Below the pieces are notes generated by a model. That model was not told where the DNA came from and made no database searches. It saw nothing but the letters and a program-made list of their open reading frames with translations. Both the position numbers and the translations under genes were made by a program. From an uncultured Chlamydiales bacterium (lineage in GTDB: Bacteria > Chlamydiota > Chlamydiia > Chlamydiales > JAAKFR01), in assembly GCA_963699155.1 (NCBI GenBank), contig OY969414.1, forward strand, positions 1,996,771 to 2,060,770: 64,000 bases of DNA, in the 5' to 3' direction. Below are positions 33,008 to 42,946 of the stretch, one piece after another. Numbering within the stretch: position 1 is the first letter of the stretch; the number at the start of each line of letters is the position of its first letter.

Positions 33008-34085
33008 GATTGAGTCACCTTTTCTAAGAGCTATTGGAGAGAAAGTAGCCTCGCAAACACGGCTGACAGCTGAAGAAGGAGTCCAACTCTTACGCACGGG
33101 CGATCCGGGCGAAATCGAAGCCATCAGAAAGTTGGCTGATTTTGCTAGAAAAAGAGTGGCTGGAGAGGTCGTTCACTTTGCCTCGACCCTCTATATCCAC
33201 CCCACAAATCTCTGCGAACTCAACTGCCAATTCTGCTCTTTTTATGCAAAGCCGGGCTGGGAAAAGGCCTGGTTCCTCACTCCAGAGCAAATTGAAGAGA
33301 AGATCAAAAGTCATTTGCACGAAGGGCTCACCGAAATCCATATCGTCGGTGGGTTGTGGAGGGAGTGCAATCTCGACTATTATGAGGAGCTCTTTCAGCG
33401 CATCAAAAAGCTCGATCCACGCCTCCATATCAAAGCACTCACCCCTGTGGAATACCACTTCCTTGCCGAAATGCATGGCATTTCAGTCGAAGAGGTCTTG
33501 CGTAAGATGATCAATTGGGGTCTCGGCTCACTCCCGGGCGGTGGGGCAGAGATCTTAGTCGAAGAGATCCGAAAAAAAATTGCGCCAGGCAAGATCTCTT
33601 CCGATACCTTTTTGGAGATCCACGCGCTGGCTCACACTCTTGGGCTCCATTCCAATATCACGATGCTCTTTGGCCATATCGAAACCGACGAACATATTAT
33701 CCACCACCTCATGCGTGTGCGTGATCTACAAGATAGGACCCATGGCTTCAGAGCCTTTATTCCTCTCAAATTTGGTCAGGAAAATAACGCTCTGGGCAAA
33801 CGAAAGAAGCTCTTAAAGGAAAAAAATATCCCTCTCCTCTATGCAGTCTCTCGTTTGATGATGGATAATATCCCTCACCTCAAAGTGCTCTGGAACTATG
33901 TTGGAGTCAGCGTTGCTTTGGAAATCTTACGCTGGGGAGGAAATGACCTCTCCTCGACAAATACCGAAGAGCGCGTCATCGCCATGGCCGGCTCCCCCCC
34001 CATCGTGATGGATACCACCCAAATGACCCAGCTCATCCGATCGGTGGGTCGCATCCCTAAATTGACCCATTCAGGGGAGGTTTAA
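32985..34085 (+). CDS. Radical-SAM menaquinone (futalosine pathway) enzyme, MqnC/MqnE family
   Basis: CxxxCxxC cluster motif NLCELNCQFCSF. Followed by mqnA and ubiE. The ATG at 32985 has an AAGGTG SD. Confidence 0.8.
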   Translation: MTSILQNEIESPFLRAIGEKVASQTRLTAEEGVQLLRTGDPGEIEAIRKLADFARKRVAGEVVHFASTLYIHPTNLCELNCQFCSFYAKPGWEKAWFLTPEQIEEKIKSHLHEGLTEIHIVGGLWRECNLDYYEELFQRIKKLDPRLHIKALTPVEYHFLAEMHGISVEEVLRKMINWGLGSLPGGGAEILVEEIRKKIAPGKISSDTFLEIHALAHTLGLHSNITMLFGHIETDEHIIHHLMRVRDLQDRTHGFRAFIPLKFGQENNALGKRKKLLKEKNIPLLYAVSRLMMDNIPHLKVLWNYVGVSVALEILRWGGNDLSSTNTEERVIAMAGSPPIVMDTTQMTQLIRSVGRIPKLTHSGEV

Positions 34086-34088
34086 CAG

Positions 34089-34856
34089 ATGCTACGGGTG
34101 GGATGTGTCTCCTATATCAATGCATTGCCACTCCACCTCCCTTTTAGCTTAGGCGAAGTGAAGACAAAAGCTCGCTTTCATTTTGATATTCCGAGCGCTC
34201 TGAATCAAAAAGTGCAGCAGGGAGAGCTCGATCTTGCCCTCACGAGCTGTGTCGAGTATTTAGATGGCGATTATGACCTCCTCCCCAACTTTGGCATCGT
34301 AGGCCACCACCGCGTTCTCAGCGTCAATCTCTATACAAAAAAGCCCCTCGCCTTACTCAGTGGGGCTCGCATCGGCTTGACACACCACAGCGCAGCTTCC
34401 GTTTCCCTTTTAAAAACTCTCGCTCAACATGCCTGGAAGGTCACTCCCCAATATGAACCCTTGAAAAGAGAGCTTCCGTTTACTCACTACGACGGCTTTC
34501 TTTTGATTGGTGATGAAGCATTGAGTCAGCCTCAAATCAAAGGGTTTCAGACAGTCGATCTGGCAGCTGCCTGGTCAGAACTCACTGGCCTTCCCTTTGT
34601 TTTCGCCCTCTTTTCTGTGAGAAAAGAGAGCTCACCCACAGATCTGCACTGCTTCCAACAGGAATTGGGGAGCGCCTTGAGATGGAGTGAGGAGCATCTC
34701 GATCAGATCGTAGAAGAGGCTTCCCGTAGATGTCCTGTGAAAGCAAATCTGCTTCATGATTACTATTCGGTTCTTAAATATCGTTTAGGACCACAAGAAA
34801 GAGAGAGTCTGGAACTTTTTAAGCAGCTACGCCATGTACCAGAAATCAGAGCCTGA
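34089..34856 (+). CDS. mqnA: Chorismate dehydratase MqnA-like (VitK2 biosynthesis family)
   Basis: N-terminal MLRVGCVSYINALPL (the SYLN-type motif of MqnA, not the SPCPND of MqnD). 255 aa. Confidence 0.75.
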   Translation: MLRVGCVSYINALPLHLPFSLGEVKTKARFHFDIPSALNQKVQQGELDLALTSCVEYLDGDYDLLPNFGIVGHHRVLSVNLYTKKPLALLSGARIGLTHHSAASVSLLKTLAQHAWKVTPQYEPLKRELPFTHYDGFLLIGDEALSQPQIKGFQTVDLAAAWSELTGLPFVFALFSVRKESSPTDLHCFQQELGSALRWSEEHLDQIVEEASRRCPVKANLLHDYYSVLKYRLGPQERESLELFKQLRHVPEIRA

Positions 34857-35532
34857 GACCATTCGCCACATGTTTGCGACCATTGCGCCTCATTACGACC
34901 TAGCCAATGCTCTTTTTTCCTTTGGGATCCACCATCGATGGAATCGAAAACTCATCGAGTCGGTGGGATCTTCCAAGCAGCTTTTGGATCTCTGTGCGGG
35001 AACGGGAGAGATCGCCTTCGGTTTTCTCCAAAAAAATCAGAACAGCCGTGCAATTCTACTCGATTTTTGCCCTGAAATGCTTTCCATCGCAGAGTCCAAA
35101 GGCCAAACTTACCGCGAGCGCTTCCAAATCCTCCAGGCGGATGCCCAAGTGATTCCCCTCCCCGATGCCTCTGTCGATGCCATTACCATCGCCTATGGCA
35201 TCCGCAATGTGCAAACCCCGCTCTACTGCTTTCGCGAAGCCTACCGTCTCTTACGCCCAGAGGGACTCTTCTGCATTCTGGAGCTGACTCGCCCAAGCAA
35301 CGCCATTGCCAGATGGGGGCATCAATGGTACACAAACTCTCTGCTTCCCCTGTTGGGCAAGCTGTCGGCAAAAAATTTAGCGGCTTACCGCTATCTGGCA
35401 GGCAGCGTCCAGACCTTTTCTTCCCCAGAAACGCTGATGGAGCAGCTAGCTTCGGTCGGTTTTAAAAAAATCGAGAAGAAGAGCCTGACTTTTGGCACCG
35501 CAACGCTGATCAAAGCGTGCAAGATCTACTGA
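34834..35532 (+). CDS. ubiE: Demethylmenaquinone/ubiquinone methyltransferase
   Basis: FATIAPHYDLANALFSFGIHHRWNRKL plus the SAM motif LLDLCAGTGEIA. Confidence 0.9.
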   Translation: MYQKSEPETIRHMFATIAPHYDLANALFSFGIHHRWNRKLIESVGSSKQLLDLCAGTGEIAFGFLQKNQNSRAILLDFCPEMLSIAESKGQTYRERFQILQADAQVIPLPDASVDAITIAYGIRNVQTPLYCFREAYRLLRPEGLFCILELTRPSNAIARWGHQWYTNSLLPLLGKLSAKNLAAYRYLAGSVQTFSSPETLMEQLASVGFKKIEKKSLTFGTATLIKACKIY

Positions 35533-35891
35533 TCAGTCTCCACATTGGCAACAGCGTTGAAACGGCTCCGTTTTTGACAAGCCTCTACGATCCATTTAGA
35601 GGCCAATATGGTTACGGCTAAACCCGAAAAGACGACCGCGCCGACTACCGAATAGAGTGGTGCTGCTGTCAGAGCCCAGCCATGCTTCTGGAAAGTCGTT
35701 GCAAAAACCACTGCTGCAAAGACCATCATCGCAATGCCGATGATGGCGACAACCATGTAAGAGGTCATATCGAGACAGCGCACTTCACTTGCCTTTAACG
35801 TATGGCCAACTAACTCCTTCATCTGAGGAGGGCCTACATGGATTGATGAATCATAAACGATCGGCTGTTTATGGGAGGCTGGACAGCACAT
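35526..35891 (-). CDS. Small Inc-like membrane protein (121 aa)
   Basis: Bilobed hydrophobic region YMVVAIIGIAMMVFAAVVFATTF-QKHGW-ALTAAPLYSVVGAVVFSGLAVTILA. Confidence 0.5.
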   Translation of the reverse strand: MCCPASHKQPIVYDSSIHVGPPQMKELVGHTLKASEVRCLDMTSYMVVAIIGIAMMVFAAVVFATTFQKHGWALTAAPLYSVVGAVVFSGLAVTILASKWIVEACQKRSRFNAVANVETDQ

Positions 35892-36027
35892 GCTTTAATT
35901 ATAACAAATTGAATATTAAAGTAGTAATTTCAAATATTTCGTATACGAAAACGGGGGCTATTATATGCAAACTCGCCAATAAAGAAAATGGCGACTTTCA
36001 GGGAAGCTTTGAATATACTGCCTGCCT

Positions 36028-36615
36028 ATGAGACTCATTTTAGGTTCACGCTCACCCCGCCGCGCGGAAATCCTTCGCTATTTTTCTCTCCCTTTCGAAC
36101 AGATTTCCTCCCATTTTGAGGAGGAGCTTGTCCCATTTCAGGGTGATCCTATCCAGTATGCCACAACCCTATCTGAAGGCAAGGGGCTCTCCTTATCTCC
36201 CCAATATCTCCAAGCGACGATCCTGACAGCCGACACTGTCGTTTTCAAGGAAGGTCAAATTTATAATAAACCGGCAACGGATGAAGAAAATTTTGAAATG
36301 CTCAAAAAGCTTAACGGCTCCTGGCATTCGGTTTTCACCGCCGTCACAGCCATACAGGGGCGCAAAAAAGCGACGATCTGCGAAGAGACAAGGATTCTTT
36401 TCCACCATTTAGCAGATCTTGAGCTGCAAAAATATCATCGAGCCTTCCATGGTAAAGACAAGGCTGGCGGATATAGTATCCAAATGGGCGGAAGTCTGAT
36501 CGTCAAACGGATGGAGGGCTGCTTCCACAATGCAATGGGGCTGCCGATCAATGGTCTACATAGGGTTTTAAAAGAGGTAGGAATCGATTTATGGCACTAT
36601 TTACCCACCTCCTAA
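36028..36615 (+). CDS. maf: Maf-like nucleoside-triphosphate pyrophosphatase
   Basis: MRLILGSRSPRRAEIL..., GKDKAGGYSIQ motif. Confidence 0.9.
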   Translation: MRLILGSRSPRRAEILRYFSLPFEQISSHFEEELVPFQGDPIQYATTLSEGKGLSLSPQYLQATILTADTVVFKEGQIYNKPATDEENFEMLKKLNGSWHSVFTAVTAIQGRKKATICEETRILFHHLADLELQKYHRAFHGKDKAGGYSIQMGGSLIVKRMEGCFHNAMGLPINGLHRVLKEVGIDLWHYLPTS

Positions 36616-38252
36616 CTTCGCTCTTCCCACTCTTGGCCTCCTTCCCAACAGAGGTAAGCGGTCAAATGCTCTACGCGCTTCATCGAGGAGAGGTGGAAAA
36701 AGCGTTTGAGGGCTATATCTCTTATGCAGAAGAGAGCCAGAGTCAAGATTTTGCCCTTTTGCAACAGGCAGCAAAAGCTCTTTTGGAAAAAGGGATTGCT
36801 TCTAAGGATCAGGAAATCGAGCTCTTATGCATGTTTGGTGCAGGTGTCGCCACTTCCAGTGAAATGATTCCTCTTTTAGAAAGAGGTCTCTTCAGCGAGG
36901 AGATCCGCACTCAGCTGATCGCTCTCTCCTATCTAGCACGCCTCCAAGATGATGCTGCAGACCGGTTACTGCATAACTGCCTCTCATCGCCCCTTCTACT
37001 CATCCGTTTAGAGGCGCTTCTCCATTTGGCCGAGAGAAATAACCCTTCCGTCATTGGCCATCTCCTTTCGCTCATGCCAAAAGTGCCCGTAGAGATCAAA
37101 CCCCTCTTTTCCCAAATCGCCATCCATATCGAAGGTGGTGAGGGAAATCGTTTCCTGCGGCAAATGCTCGCCGATCCAGACCTCCATGTTCGGGTGGAAG
37201 CCATCCAGATAGTTGCAGAGGCTGGACGAGACGATTTTTTACCAGCGATTCGGACACTCGCCCTTGGAGCCTCTTATCTGCAACAAGAAAGTTGTGCCTT
37301 GGCTTTCGGCCTACTCAAAGATCACCTTTCGATCGATAAATTGAAAGAGTGGGCCACAAGCCGCCAAGAAAGTGTTTCGCTGGCTGCTACCATCTCTCTT
37401 TATCAGTTGGGTGAAATTTCCTATTTAAGCCAGATCGAAGAGGCTGCAAAAAAGGGTTCCCTCTTTGCCATTTCTGCTCTTGGCACCCTCCAGGAAGGTA
37501 AGGAGACACTGGCTGAGCTGCTCCACGCTAACGACCGCGATGTGCGCATCAACGCCATCCTCTCGCTGTTGAAGAGCCAAGACCGCCGAGCGCTTTCCCA
37601 TCTCGAGGAAATTTTGATTGAGGATCTTCGTGATACCGCTTTTTGGAAGGTCTCTTCCCCTTGTGGAGGTTTGAAGGCGTGGAAAACAATCCCTTCCGGT
37701 AAGAGCCAAGAGAAAAGTTATCCCGGTATTCTGGGGCAGACACTGGCTTTACGCGAAGAGGTCCTCATCCACTGCCTCGAGTTTGAAGAGAGAGTTTTCC
37801 TCTCAATTGCACGGAGGATCTTCCAGAAAAGAGAGCAGGCTCTGGTACCCATCGTGATTGAGCTATTGGAAAACAAAAAGAGCGAACATGTGATTCAGTT
37901 TTTGAAAGAGGGCTGTCAGAGAGCAGGCGCTCCCTTGATCCGCAATTACTGTACTCTGGCGCTCTACCGTTTAAACGAAGAGGGGCCCTATGAAGAGCAG
38001 CTCATTTCTTGGATAAAGGCGAGCGGATCAGAGGAGTTGATCCGGTTTAAAGAAGAGAATGAGAAGCAGCCTTTAATCGATTCCTACCAGCTCAATCCTG
38101 AAGAGACCTCTCGTTTTCTGATCGATGTGTGTGAAGCCCTCGCATCGGCACAAAATCAGTCAGGGATTTTCGCCCTCATCCATACGATTGCACACGGAAA
38201 TCCTAAAAATCGCTATGCTCTCGCCGGACTTTTGATGCGTACGACAGAATGA
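36591..38252 (+). CDS. HEAT/armadillo-like repeat protein with an N-terminal signal-like sequence
   Basis: Repeated DPDLHVRVEAIQIVAE / NDRDVRINAILSLL-type HEAT signatures. 553 aa. Confidence 0.55.
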   Translation: MALFTHLLTSLFPLLASFPTEVSGQMLYALHRGEVEKAFEGYISYAEESQSQDFALLQQAAKALLEKGIASKDQEIELLCMFGAGVATSSEMIPLLERGLFSEEIRTQLIALSYLARLQDDAADRLLHNCLSSPLLLIRLEALLHLAERNNPSVIGHLLSLMPKVPVEIKPLFSQIAIHIEGGEGNRFLRQMLADPDLHVRVEAIQIVAEAGRDDFLPAIRTLALGASYLQQESCALAFGLLKDHLSIDKLKEWATSRQESVSLAATISLYQLGEISYLSQIEEAAKKGSLFAISALGTLQEGKETLAELLHANDRDVRINAILSLLKSQDRRALSHLEEILIEDLRDTAFWKVSSPCGGLKAWKTIPSGKSQEKSYPGILGQTLALREEVLIHCLEFEERVFLSIARRIFQKREQALVPIVIELLENKKSEHVIQFLKEGCQRAGAPLIRNYCTLALYRLNEEGPYEEQLISWIKASGSEELIRFKEENEKQPLIDSYQLNPEETSRFLIDVCEALASAQNQSGIFALIHTIAHGNPKNRYALAGLLMRTTE

Positions 38253-40432
38253 AATTCATTTTTAAGGCATCCCTTTTCCTCTTTGCCATTTCGACTTTAT
38301 TTGGCGATGAATTGACTGTCGATCCACCTCAAATCTGGGATGCAGATTGCCTACCCTGCCGCCCACGTATTCCCCTACCACCCCCTGAAGAGGTCGCAGA
38401 AAATGTGGTCGTCGATCTTTCTAACCCAACTTATTGCGAAGGCGTCTTATCAACTGAGTGTGGAGGCGTTTTGACAGCGCCTGAACTGAGAATTCAGGCC
38501 CAAAAAATCGAATACACGCGCCAACTTGATCGCGACGTGCCCATTTTCACCATCTCCTGCGAGGGGAATCTCCTCATCGATTATAAAGAGTGGGTTCTTG
38601 TAGGAGACAAGCTCTACTACGATTTTATCTCTCATAGAGGCTTCATAATCAATGGACGTACTGCAGAACCACCCTGGTATATCAGTGGGAGGGAGATGCT
38701 TCTCCTTGAGGAGGGAAATATCATCGTTTTGGATGGGGCGATCACCACTTCTGAAGGGGAAGTTCAAGATGTCGTTGTCACTTCACCCTATCTGTGCCTG
38801 ACAGCCGAACGCCGCCTCATCGCACGAGATATCAGTTTTCGAGTCAATTCGGTCCCTCTCTTCTGGTGGCCAAAACTCGAGCTTGATCTCAACACTCAGG
38901 GGAGAATCCCTTTCGCGGTGAGATTTGGCTGGGGAGGGTTTAAAGGCTCTTACATAAGCATCCTTTACAAATTTCTGTCGTGGAATGATTTTAAAGCTAC
39001 AGCCAGGCTCGATGGCTTTTTCAGCAAGGGCGTAGGCGCTGGAATCGAAACGGTTTATAACCCCGCTGATCGTCCTACAGAGTGGTATAGCCGCAACTAC
39101 TTTGCCTATGACCTTCCTATAGACACCCCCAAAAGACGTAATCGCTATCGCTTTCAAGGAACCTATTTCGATCGGCTCTATGACATCACGGTAGATGGCG
39201 TTTATGATCTTGTCAGCGATGGGCAGATGGCTGCCGATTATACGACGCAAGATTTTGATTTACCAACGGCTGGAAGAACAGAGCTCAATCTCCGACGGCA
39301 GTCCAAAAATTGGATCGCCAATCTTTTCACTAAAGTGCGTGTCAACAATTTCCAGTCTGTCAACCAGGAGCTACCTACCTTTCGCATGCACTGGCATCCC
39401 TTTGAAATTGGTCAAACCGGGATCGTCGCTCAAAACACCTTTAAAGCAACTTGGTATAATTTTGTCTTTAGCGATAAGATAATCAACGAAAGGCGCAATT
39501 TTTCCTCTTCTCGCATAGCTGTCAACCCCTTTCTTTATCGTCCCAGCTTCTATGGCCCCCTAACGATCACCCCTGAGGCAGGTTTTATCGGCATTGCCTA
39601 TAGCAATAGCCCTGGAGGAAGATCCGCAGGTCAGGCTATCGGTGAGTTGGGCCTCAAAATTGAGTCCTCTTTATCGAGAGGCTGGCAGCGCTGGAAACAT
39701 GTTGTAGAGCCCTATCTCCACTACCAATTCTTGACAAAACCGAGGGTAACTACCAATCGCCATTTCATTTTCTCCATCGACGATGGCCTCGATAAACTCA
39801 ATCTCCTCCGCTTCGGTTTCCGCAATAGCTTTTTTAACAAGTGCGATAACCGGATCTGCCGCCTCTTCTGGTTCGACCTCTGGGCCAATGCCTTTTTTGG
39901 TACCCATACGATCCCCCAAACGATCCCCAAGGGCTACCTCGATCTCGAATGGATCCCATTTCCCCGCTTACTCTGTGTACTCAATACAGCGTGGAATTTT
40001 CAGGAAAGGCAGCTCGATTTCGTCAACGTCCGTCTCGAATGGAGCTGGTCACCCGAGCTCGCATTTTCAGGAGAACTCCGCCACCGCAGCAGATTCGACT
40101 GGCGCAAAGCTGACTTCTATAACTTTATCCTCGAATCGGTGCGCACCGAAGAAGAGCTCCTCCATTCCGATCTCTCCGACAGGCGTGACACCTTCCTCTT
40201 CCGCACCTTTGCCCACCTCACACCCAACTGGTCTCTCGAAATCGACCTCCGCACCGGCTGGAACCGTAAACACCAACCCCACTACTTCGAATATGAGATC
40301 GGCCTCGCCCGCATCATCTTCCAACACTGGCGCCTCGGCTTCACCTACGAACACCGTGAATCGGACAACCGCTACGCCTTCTCCCTCCTCCTCAACCCCG
40401 GCCCCCCCAACCCCACCAAATTCGGCTACTAG
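38249..40432 (+). CDS. lptD: LptD/OstA-like outer-membrane beta-barrel protein
   Basis: Signal peptide MKFIFKASLFLFAISTLFG; an OstA-like N-terminal region; RVNSVPLFWWPKLELDL resembling the LptD P-x-F-Y-x-P motif; a long beta-rich C-terminus ending in an aromatic residue. Confidence 0.6.
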   Translation: MKFIFKASLFLFAISTLFGDELTVDPPQIWDADCLPCRPRIPLPPPEEVAENVVVDLSNPTYCEGVLSTECGGVLTAPELRIQAQKIEYTRQLDRDVPIFTISCEGNLLIDYKEWVLVGDKLYYDFISHRGFIINGRTAEPPWYISGREMLLLEEGNIIVLDGAITTSEGEVQDVVVTSPYLCLTAERRLIARDISFRVNSVPLFWWPKLELDLNTQGRIPFAVRFGWGGFKGSYISILYKFLSWNDFKATARLDGFFSKGVGAGIETVYNPADRPTEWYSRNYFAYDLPIDTPKRRNRYRFQGTYFDRLYDITVDGVYDLVSDGQMAADYTTQDFDLPTAGRTELNLRRQSKNWIANLFTKVRVNNFQSVNQELPTFRMHWHPFEIGQTGIVAQNTFKATWYNFVFSDKIINERRNFSSSRIAVNPFLYRPSFYGPLTITPEAGFIGIAYSNSPGGRSAGQAIGELGLKIESSLSRGWQRWKHVVEPYLHYQFLTKPRVTTNRHFIFSIDDGLDKLNLLRFGFRNSFFNKCDNRICRLFWFDLWANAFFGTHTIPQTIPKGYLDLEWIPFPRLLCVLNTAWNFQERQLDFVNVRLEWSWSPELAFSGELRHRSRFDWRKADFYNFILESVRTEEELLHSDLSDRRDTFLFRTFAHLTPNWSLEIDLRTGWNRKHQPHYFEYEIGLARIIFQHWRLGFTYEHRESDNRYAFSLLLNPGPPNPTKFGY

Positions 40433-40516
40433 CAACTCCTCATCCTTTTACCCCACCCTTTTTTGAAGAGACCTGTTTCGGCGAACAATGTTCACCAATG
40501 ACACAGCCATCGATCG

Positions 40517-40620
40517 GGAAATCCGCAGTTATTATAAGGGGAGGGCCCCTCGCGCCTGTGGCGCTGCGCGCAGCGCCACAGGCGCGAGGGGCCCTCCCCT
40601 TATAATAACTGCGGATTTCC
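40517..40620. repeat. Perfect 104-bp palindrome (52-bp arms, no loop) between convergent genes
   Basis: ggaaatccgcagttattataaggggagggcccctcgcgcctgtggcgctgcg | cgcagcgccacaggcgcgaggggccctccccttataataactgcggatttcc, checked base by base. Confidence 0.95.
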
Positions 40621-40675
40621 TTAACTTGGCGGCATTAGGTGGCAGGGGGTTGCTGACATGAAAGGGACTAGCACT

Positions 40676-42946
40676 TTAGCGGAGACGGAGGCTGTTGAGG
40701 CAGACGGAGAGGCTGCTGGCGGTCATGGCGAGGGCGGCGAGGAGGGGGTTGAGGAGGCCGAAAGCGGCTAGGACGATGCCGATGAGGTTGTAGAAAAAGG
40801 CCCAGAAGAGGTTTTGGAAGATGATGTGGCGGCACTTTGTGGCATAGGTGCAGAGAGTGGGAAGGGCGGAGAGGTTTTCGGTGGTGAGGAGGATGTCAGA
40901 GACTTCGATGGCGAGATCAGTGGCTGAAACGACGGAGATGCCGAGATCGGCAGCTGCCATGGCGGCGGCATCGTTGACGCCATCGCCTACCATGACGATG
41001 GGTCGCTTCAGCTGCTTTAAAGCGAGGATTTCTTCTCTTTTTTGAAGAGGGTCGAGATTTCCTTTCCCCCATCGGAAACCACATTGAGTGGCAATTTTGG
41101 TGACTAGAGCGGGACTATCCCCGGAAAGTATCACCCCATCCACGTGAGGAATATGTGTGCGGAGTCGATCGCCGAAACAGAGGGTGGCGAGGAGGGTTTG
41201 GTTCTGGGCAAAATAGACGGTCGTTTCTTCAGAAACGGGTGTGGAGATTCCTTTCTCTTGCAGAAGGCGGCCTGAGCCCAAAAAATAATTGGCTCCATTG
41301 TGATGGGCAACCATTCCTCTTCCTACTATTTCCTGAACCGCATCGATGGGAAGAGCGGGCGCGGAGATCCCTGTGTAGAGTGCGCTACAGATGGGGTGAG
41401 TCGATTGTGAAGCGATGCCCTTTAGGAGACCGAGTTGCCCTGTGGAAAGATTTTCTAACCTTGTCAAAAGCTGGAATTTGCCATCAGTGAGGGTCCCTGT
41501 TTTGTCAAAAACGAAAAGAGGCTTCTGAGCCATGATAGAAAGGGCTGAGCGATTACGGACGAGCGCTCCTTTTGCTGCGAAGAGATAGAGTAGTCTCGAC
41601 TGAGCTAAAGGGATGGCTATCCCCAAAGCACAGGGACATGCGATCAGAAGGACAACGAGCGCTCTGAGGGCTCCTGCAGAGAAAAAAAGAAAAGTCGCCA
41701 ATAGCAGGACGCAAGGTACAAAGTAGCGAGTGATCTGATTGACAAGCCGCTGAGGGACACTTTTTTCCGATAAATCTTTTTCGATGGCCTGCACAACCTT
41801 CCCTAAAAGAGAGTGATCATGATCTTTTGTCACTTCGAGAATAAAAGAGCCCTGTTTCACAAGGGAGCCTCCGATCAACTGACTGCCTACTTGCTTCTTG
41901 ACAGGCCTCACCTCGCCATTGATGACTGCCTCGTCGACAATCCCCTCACCTTCTAAAATTCTTCCATCGAGAACAACTTTCTCTCCCATGCGGATGAGAA
42001 GGGTATCGCCGCATCGGATCTCTTTAATAGGCACCTCAACAAACTCACCTGTCACCATCTTCTTGAACCCTTTTTTGGGAAGACAGCGCGCTAAACGAAG
42101 CAGCGTCTCTTTCGCTGAAAATTTGGCCCGCCTCTCCAAAATTTTTCCTAAAAGGACAAGAGTGAGAACCATCGACATCGAATCAAAATAGAGATGGGTT
42201 GTTTCTCCCTCTATGAGATGATAAGTAGACAAAACAAACGCAGTGCTCACACCGACAAAAATGAGAGTTTCCATTCCAAATCGGCGGCTTTTGAATGAAA
42301 GGATGAGTCTTTTCCAGATTGGCCAAGAGGAATAGCTAAGTAAGGGAAGAGCTAATAAAAAAGAGAGCCAGCCTAGAGTCATCTCAAACCCTTCCACAGC
42401 AATTCCAAAATGGGCTGCATAGAGGGGATAAGAAAACATCATGATTTGAAGAGAGCAAAAGGCTGCGACAGCAAAACGACTCCAGAGAGAGCGTGAAACC
42501 ATTTTTTGATCGGTTGCTAAAAATTCGGAAGCACGGTATCCCATCTTCTGGATCAGGGCGATCACCTCTTCTTTCGAAAGAAAATGAGGATCAAAAACGA
42601 TCACACCTAGATCGGTGGCATAATCGATAGTGCAGCGGATGATCCCTTTGTGACGAAGAGCGATCAACCGAATGGCCTCTGCACATGAAGGACACCACAT
42701 TCCCTCAATCTGGAGGTGATATTTGATCGTTTCCGCACATTCGGCAGCATCTTCCAAGACCAAATGGGGATTAGCGATGACTCCTACTTTGAGAGCTTCC
42801 TGAAATAGGGGGTGTTCTCGGTAATTTTCTACCTCCCCTAGGATCTGAAAGACGGTGAGACAGCCAGAACAGCAAAAAGCGTGTGGACCTTCATGAAAAG
42901 GGCTGTCAGGAAGATCAAGGGCGCATAAGGAGCATTGTCCAGTCAA
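40676..42946 (-). CDS. Copper-translocating P1B-type ATPase (FixI/CcoI-like)
   Basis: N-terminal Cys-rich CSLC...FCCSGC domain, HMA motif GMWCPSCA, CPC motif LIACPCALGIA, DKTGTLT, GDGVNDA. Confidence 0.9.
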   Translation of the reverse strand: MTGQCSLCALDLPDSPFHEGPHAFCCSGCLTVFQILGEVENYREHPLFQEALKVGVIANPHLVLEDAAECAETIKYHLQIEGMWCPSCAEAIRLIALRHKGIIRCTIDYATDLGVIVFDPHFLSKEEVIALIQKMGYRASEFLATDQKMVSRSLWSRFAVAAFCSLQIMMFSYPLYAAHFGIAVEGFEMTLGWLSFLLALPLLSYSSWPIWKRLILSFKSRRFGMETLIFVGVSTAFVLSTYHLIEGETTHLYFDSMSMVLTLVLLGKILERRAKFSAKETLLRLARCLPKKGFKKMVTGEFVEVPIKEIRCGDTLLIRMGEKVVLDGRILEGEGIVDEAVINGEVRPVKKQVGSQLIGGSLVKQGSFILEVTKDHDHSLLGKVVQAIEKDLSEKSVPQRLVNQITRYFVPCVLLLATFLFFSAGALRALVVLLIACPCALGIAIPLAQSRLLYLFAAKGALVRNRSALSIMAQKPLFVFDKTGTLTDGKFQLLTRLENLSTGQLGLLKGIASQSTHPICSALYTGISAPALPIDAVQEIVGRGMVAHHNGANYFLGSGRLLQEKGISTPVSEETTVYFAQNQTLLATLCFGDRLRTHIPHVDGVILSGDSPALVTKIATQCGFRWGKGNLDPLQKREEILALKQLKRPIVMVGDGVNDAAAMAAADLGISVVSATDLAIEVSDILLTTENLSALPTLCTYATKCRHIIFQNLFWAFFYNLIGIVLAAFGLLNPLLAALAMTASSLSVCLNSLRLR

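Noticed and set aside
39783-40466. A 227-aa Ser/Pro/Thr-rich ORF (+) and a 122-aa ORF (-) overlapping the lptD-like 3' end
   Set aside because: These have the same cause as the waaA shadow ORFs: a C-rich coding patch depletes stops in the other frames. They show no independent start signals or motifs.
40433-40675. A replication origin or terminus (local switch from C-rich to G-rich plus strand around the 104-bp palindrome)
   Set aside because: The skew switch spans only a few hundred bp and tracks the coding strands of two convergent genes. I saw no cluster of DnaA-box-like (TTATCCACA) sequences, no dnaA/dnaN neighbourhood, and no dif-like site I could recognise.
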